Positions 59,780 through 64,000 of a stretch of 64,000 nucleotides of DNA are shown here, piece by piece (position 1 is the stretch's first letter; each line of letters opens with the position of its first letter). A program made the translations under genes and the position numbers. Below the pieces are notes generated by a model. The model saw only the letters and a list, made by a program, of their open reading frames with translations, had not been told where the DNA came from and made no database searches. The stretch covers positions 344 to 64,343 of the forward strand of contig DATESQ010000018.1 in the NCBI GenBank assembly GCA_035283985.1, written 5' to 3'. Origin of the DNA: Thermoplasmata archaeon. Its GTDB lineage: Archaea; Thermoplasmatota; Thermoplasmata; RBG-16-68-12.

Positions 59780-59968
59780 ATGCCCTACCAGTACCAGGGA
59801 TGGACGCTGTATTCGCGTGATGTGAAGCTGAAGCGTGGACCGAAAGTGACGATCTACTTCTTCAGCAAGAGAAAGCCGAAGAGCGGAAAGCCGATGGACG
59901 AGATGCCGAAAAACCGCAAGGTCGGCGTGAACAAGCGCACGGGTCTGCCCTTCCTGAGGAAGGCGTAA
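59780..59968 (+). CDS. Small basic hypothetical protein (62 aa)
   Basis: GGTGG SD; K/R-rich with IYFFSK and NKRTGLPFL; T-rich tracts downstream. Confidence 0.8.
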   Translation: MPYQYQGWTLYSRDVKLKRGPKVTIYFFSKRKPKSGKPMDEMPKNRKVGVNKRTGLPFLRKA

Positions 59969-60133
59969 ACGATCCTTTCGTTTACGATCGCCGCGCGCGC
60001 CAGCGCGGCGGCGCCTCCCCGTTTTTCGTCTCACCCTCCCAGAGGACGCAATCCTTAAAGCGATACTCACGATTCTTTCGACTTGCCGCGCTCGCGATCG
60101 CGGGTGCGGATGCTCCCAGGGGGCAAGTGACGC

Positions 60134-61207
60134 GTGGGCGATTTGCTCCGAGTGATCCGGGACGACGGCTCCGCGGACCCCGAGACGGACCCGAAGCTCT
60201 CCGATTCGGAGGCCGTGAGGCTGTACCGCCTCATGATGATGGAGCGGATCCTGGACACGCGCATGCTCGCGCTCCAACGCCAGGGTCGGATCGGATTCTA
60301 CGGACCATCTGTGGGCCAGGAGGCGACGATCGTCGCGCCTGCGCTCGCCCTCTCGGAGAACGACTGGATCTTCCCGCAGTACCGGGAGCCCGGCGCCGCG
60401 CTCGCCCGTGGCATGCCGCTCGTCGAGCTCGTGAACCAATTCATGGGGAACGCGGCGGACGCGGTCCGGGGCCGGCAGATGCCCTGCCACTACGTATATC
60501 GCAAGGGGAAGTTCATGTCGATCTCGAGCTGCGTCGGCACGCAGATCCCCTTGGCGGTTGGGACCGCGTGGGCGTCGAGGATCCGCGGCGACAACATCGT
60601 TACGCTCACGTACTTCGGCGACGGCGGCACATCGACGGCAGACTTCCACGTCGGGATGAACTTCGCGGGCGTGTTCAAGACGCCGACCGTGTTCGTGTGC
60701 AACAACAACCAGTGGGCGATCTCCGTTCCCGTCGCGAAGCAGACCTTGGCGGAGACGATCGCGCAGAAGGCGGTCGCCTACGGGTTCCCTGGGGTCCGCG
60801 TCGACGGGATGGACGCCCTGGCTGTATATGGGGCCGCACGGACAGCGGTGGACCGGGCCCGCGATGGCGGGGGTCCGACCCTGATCGAATGCCTATCGTA
60901 CCGCCTCGGCCCGCACTCCTCCTCGGACGATCCCTCCCGGTACCGAGACGAGAGGGAGGTCGAGCGCTGGCGACAGCGCGACCCGCTTCCCCTGTACCGC
61001 CGATACCTCGAGCGTCGGGGCATCTGGAACGACGAGGCGGAGGCGAACCTCGAGAAGGAGATGGGCGACGCGATCACGGACGCCGTGCGCGAGGGGGAGA
61101 CCCACCCGCCACCGCCAATTGAGACGCTCTTCACGGACGTGTACTTCGACATGCCGCCGCACCTAGAAGAGCAGCTGGAGGACCTGCGTTCCTTCCGGAG
61201 GCGATGA
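60134..61207 (+). CDS. 2-oxoacid (pyruvate/branched-chain) dehydrogenase E1 alpha
   Basis: QRQGRIGFY...GQEA, GDGGTS...NN, YR..PHSSSDDP. Confidence 0.94.
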   Translation: MGDLLRVIRDDGSADPETDPKLSDSEAVRLYRLMMMERILDTRMLALQRQGRIGFYGPSVGQEATIVAPALALSENDWIFPQYREPGAALARGMPLVELVNQFMGNAADAVRGRQMPCHYVYRKGKFMSISSCVGTQIPLAVGTAWASRIRGDNIVTLTYFGDGGTSTADFHVGMNFAGVFKTPTVFVCNNNQWAISVPVAKQTLAETIAQKAVAYGFPGVRVDGMDALAVYGAARTAVDRARDGGGPTLIECLSYRLGPHSSSDDPSRYRDEREVERWRQRDPLPLYRRYLERRGIWNDEAEANLEKEMGDAITDAVREGETHPPPPIETLFTDVYFDMPPHLEEQLEDLRSFRRR

Positions 61208-61208
61208 C

Positions 61209-61793
61209 GTGCCGAAAACGAACGCTGCGAAAGCCGCCCCGCCACGGAAACCCGCCCCTTCGGACCGCACGTTCGAGAAGGCGCGCGCGTACTTCCGCGA
61301 CGGCGACTACGGCGCCGCGCTCGCGATCGCGAACCAGATCCTCGCGCGGGACCCCGAGAACCTCGACGCGCTCTCCCTCGCGTCCGGATGCTGCTCGCTC
61401 CAAGGCGAATACGAACAGGCCGCGGAGTACGACCGTCGCGCGATCGACGCGCACCCGGACAGCGCGCAGGCGTGGATGACGTTCGCGCTCGACCTCCAGA
61501 ACGGGGGACGCCTCGAGGAGGCGGAGGAGGCCTACCGCCGCGTCGTCGAGCTCGATCCGTCGCGAGCGATGGCGTGGTACCACCTTGCGTGCTTCGCCGC
61601 GCGACGCGGGGACACGGGCACGGCCCTCGAGAACCTCGCGAGGGCGTCCGCGGAGCGGCCGGAGCTGCGGGAAGAGGCTAAATCCCAGCCCGAGTTTGCG
61701 CCGCTGCTGGAGGACCCGAGGTTCGACCGGATCGTGAACGCGAAGCCCGATTCAGAGGACCCGTACGCGGATTGGATGCGGAGCGGAACCTGA
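61209..61793 (+). CDS. TPR-repeat protein
   Basis: About four TPRs; C-terminal YHLAC.AA..G and F..L..DPRF. Confidence 0.85.
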   Translation: MPKTNAAKAAPPRKPAPSDRTFEKARAYFRDGDYGAALAIANQILARDPENLDALSLASGCCSLQGEYEQAAEYDRRAIDAHPDSAQAWMTFALDLQNGGRLEEAEEAYRRVVELDPSRAMAWYHLACFAARRGDTGTALENLARASAERPELREEAKSQPEFAPLLEDPRFDRIVNAKPDSEDPYADWMRSGT

Positions 61794-62764
61794 TGCCCGC
61801 GATGAACATCGTCCAAGCGGTGAACAACGCGCTGCGCGAGGAGATGCGCCGCGACGATAGAGTCATCCTTCTGGGAGAGGACATCGGCCGGAACGGCGGC
61901 GTGTTCCGGTGCACGGAGGGTCTGATCGACGAGTTCCCGGACCGTGTGTTCGACACGCCCCTCAGCGAGGGCGGGATCATTGGCACCGCGATCGGGATGG
62001 CCCTGTACGGGCTCCGCCCCGTCCCCGAAATCCAGTTCATGGACTTCATCTACCCAGCGTTCGACCAGATCGTGTCGGAGGCGGCGAAGATCCGGTACCG
62101 TTCGGGCGGGCAATACAGCGTGCCGATGACGATCCGGACCCCCTTCGGAGGCGGAATCCGCGGCGGTCACTACCACAGCCAGTCGAGCGAGGCGTACTTC
62201 TGCCACACGCCAGGCCTGAAGGTCGTCGTCCCGTCGACCCCGACGGATGCGAAGGGCCTCCTCACGGCCTCGATCCGCGACCCGGACCCGGTCCTGTTCC
62301 TGGAGCCGAAGAAGCTGTACCGGGCGTTCCGCGAGGACGTGCCGGAGGGGGAGGTCGTCACGCCACTCGGCCAGGCGAGGGTCCGCCGCGAAGGGAAGGA
62401 CGTATCCCTGTTCGCGTACGGATACATGGTGAACGTGTGCCTCGAGGCTGCGGAGCGCGCCGCGAACAAAGGGATCGAGGCCGAGGTCGTCGACCTACGT
62501 ACGCTCGTGCCTCTCGATGTCGAGGCCATCCTGAACTCCGTACGGAAGACGGGCCGGGCGGTCGTCGTCTACGAAGCCCCGCGCACGGGAGCCTACGGCG
62601 CGGAGATCAGTGCGATCATCGCGGAGAAAGCGATCGAATACCTCCACGGACCGATCATCCGTGTATCAGGATTCGATACGCCGTTCCCGTACGCCCTCGA
62701 GGACGTGTACATGCCGAACGCGGATCGGGTCCTCGCTGGGATCGACAAGGTCACGTCGTTTTGA
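61793..62764 (+). CDS. 2-oxoacid dehydrogenase E1 beta
   Basis: GEDIG..GGVFR.T, DTPLSE, EIQF.DF, HSQS.E, DLRTL.P.D. Confidence 0.95.
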   Translation: MPAMNIVQAVNNALREEMRRDDRVILLGEDIGRNGGVFRCTEGLIDEFPDRVFDTPLSEGGIIGTAIGMALYGLRPVPEIQFMDFIYPAFDQIVSEAAKIRYRSGGQYSVPMTIRTPFGGGIRGGHYHSQSSEAYFCHTPGLKVVVPSTPTDAKGLLTASIRDPDPVLFLEPKKLYRAFREDVPEGEVVTPLGQARVRREGKDVSLFAYGYMVNVCLEAAERAANKGIEAEVVDLRTLVPLDVEAILNSVRKTGRAVVVYEAPRTGAYGAEISAIIAEKAIEYLHGPIIRVSGFDTPFPYALEDVYMPNADRVLAGIDKVTSF

Positions 62765-63197
62765 CGACGGGGGGCGCCTCGAGCCGTCGGAATCGTCCGC
62801 GGACGGAGAGCAGGTACACGAAGATCAACGCGACAATCCCGACCGTCAGGGTCGTCGAAGGTTCTAGGGGCACGCTCGCCGTCGACGCCGAGTACAGGCC
62901 GTAGGCAGACCATGCGAGGCTGCCGAGGGCGACGAGGAACGCGAGCCACCAGGCCCACGTTCTCAGCCGGAGTAGGCCCATGCCGGAAATCCCGAGGATG
63001 ATCGACAGAACGAAATACGCGGCGCCCCAGAGGAACAGGGCGCCTCCGGCAACGTTGGACCCCGGAATCAGGCTCACGAAAGAGAAGAACATCCCGCCGA
63101 GGCCCGCGATCGCGAGGATCAGAGCGCCGAGGAGCACGAGGCCTCCGATGATCGTCACACCGAGAGGCCGTCGGCCGGCCGCATGTTGCTCCGTCAT
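62751..63197 (-). CDS. Four-TM membrane protein (RPLGVT...GL..L..WAW)
   Basis: Hydrophobic 148-aa ORF. Confidence 0.75.
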   Translation of the reverse strand: MTEQHAAGRRPLGVTIIGGLVLLGALILAIAGLGGMFFSFVSLIPGSNVAGGALFLWGAAYFVLSIILGISGMGLLRLRTWAWWLAFLVALGSLAWSAYGLYSASTASVPLEPSTTLTVGIVALIFVYLLSVRGRFRRLEAPPVVKTT

Positions 63198-63201
63198 CCG
63201 C

Positions 63202-63374
63202 TCACCCGATAGGAAAGGAGGAGAGGGTCGGGATGATCATCGAGGCCGGGCGAGCCGCAGGAAGGACACCCCGTCGCCAAAGCCGCCAGGCCCACAGCGA
63301 TCGGGGAACCTGAGGCCGGTATCGCCGAGCCTTCGAGCACAAATCACGCCCACCGGTCTGTGCCACTCCTCCAC
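63202..63374 (-). pseudogene. Possible degraded paralog of the flanking membrane proteins
   Basis: GGAGG SD plus GTG, MEEWHRPVGVI, then an out-of-frame IAVGLAALATG segment and GVSFLRL. Confidence 0.35.
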
Positions 63375-63597
63375 GACCCGTCTCCTCCCCGCGAGGACAT
63401 GCGCCAGGCGCCATAAAACGGTTGCCATACGCGTGGAATCGGGTGACGCGTCGAGCGCGGTTTCGGGTTGTTCGACCAACGGAAGTCCGAGGAATGGGGG
63501 TTGAACACGGCCGGCTCTTTGCGTCGATCGACAGAGGACGTAGGCTCCGCGCGATGGACGAACGGGCCGCCTAATGAAGGGGCCCGGTCTCCGAGAC

Positions 63598-63990
63598 CTA
63601 TGGCGTCAGCTCCTCCGCGAGATAGGCCCCGACCGCGACGACAATCGCAAGGACTCCCACGAGCATCATCAAGAAGCCGGGGCCTGCGCCGGAGGCCTTC
63701 CACAAGTTGTACCCGAGTCCCGCGATGTAGCCGAAAAAGACGAGGGAGGAGAACAGGATGACTCCCCAGGCCCACGGCCGCGATTTCCAAATCCCGTACG
63801 CCGCGATCCCTACCAGGACGCCGATCCCCGAGAACAGGGGCGCGGTGATGATGAACACGGGTCCGTAACCCACGATATAGAGAGTCCAAAAAGAGATGAT
63901 GAAGGCCAAGGCTCCGAAGAACAGCAGCGTGACCGCGGCGGCCACCGCGAACATGAAGGAGATAAGGACCGGCGCTTTCACATCCTCCAT
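63598..63990 (-). CDS. Four-TM membrane protein (GIW...PWAW)
   Basis: Hydrophobic 130-aa ORF sharing the WAW motif with 62751-63197. Confidence 0.75.
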   Translation of the reverse strand: MEDVKAPVLISFMFAVAAAVTLLFFGALAFIISFWTLYIVGYGPVFIITAPLFSGIGVLVGIAAYGIWKSRPWAWGVILFSSLVFFGYIAGLGYNLWKASGAGPGFLMMLVGVLAIVVAVGAYLAEELTP

Positions 63991-64000
63991 CCCGAGGTCG

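Noticed and set aside
1..64000. CRISPR arrays, IS elements, integrases, prophage, rRNA
   Set aside because: No periodic repeat-spacer structure and no transposase, integrase or rRNA motifs seen

Overview
High-GC archaeal chromosomal segment. The gene set points to Thermoplasmatota by inference: zinc-type ferredoxin, alkyltransferase-EndoV fusion, no L14e between cmk and cbf5, and bacterial-type PurH/PurN/FolD. Most of the window is housekeeping. It carries folate-dependent purine genes (purD, folD, metF, purH, purN), metG, a riboflavin operon (ribB-ribL-ribC-ribH), pgi/pmi and cbf5-cmk-DUF106. It also carries the exosome/proteasome superoperon (pop5-psmA-SBDS-rrp4-rrp41-rrp42-rpl37ae-rpoP-pcc1-pfdB), ftsZ behind two KaiC-like ATPases, rnhB, tbp, rnp4, rps17e, an ABC-2 exporter, two beta-oxidation genes, a DNA ligase and 2-oxoacid dehydrogenase E1 alpha/beta. 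No CRISPR array, IS element, integrase or rRNA was seen. Highlights found by reading the sequence: (1) an initiator tRNA-Met with three BHB-type introns (20a/21, 37/38, 59/60) and a tRNA-Ser(GGA) with a 59/60 intron; (2) a stand-alone protein that aligns by eye with the beta-COP/adaptin appendage (Ig sandwich plus platform); (3) a Ku plus LigD-type ligase pair (minimal NHEJ); (4) an alkyltransferase-EndoV fusion lacking the catalytic Cys; (5) candidate small RNAs exposing anti-Shine-Dalgarno motifs, a 14-aa poly-Lys micropeptide with its own promoter, SD and terminator, and several genes that appear to need non-canonical start codons. Product calls come from motif recognition by eye, not database searches.
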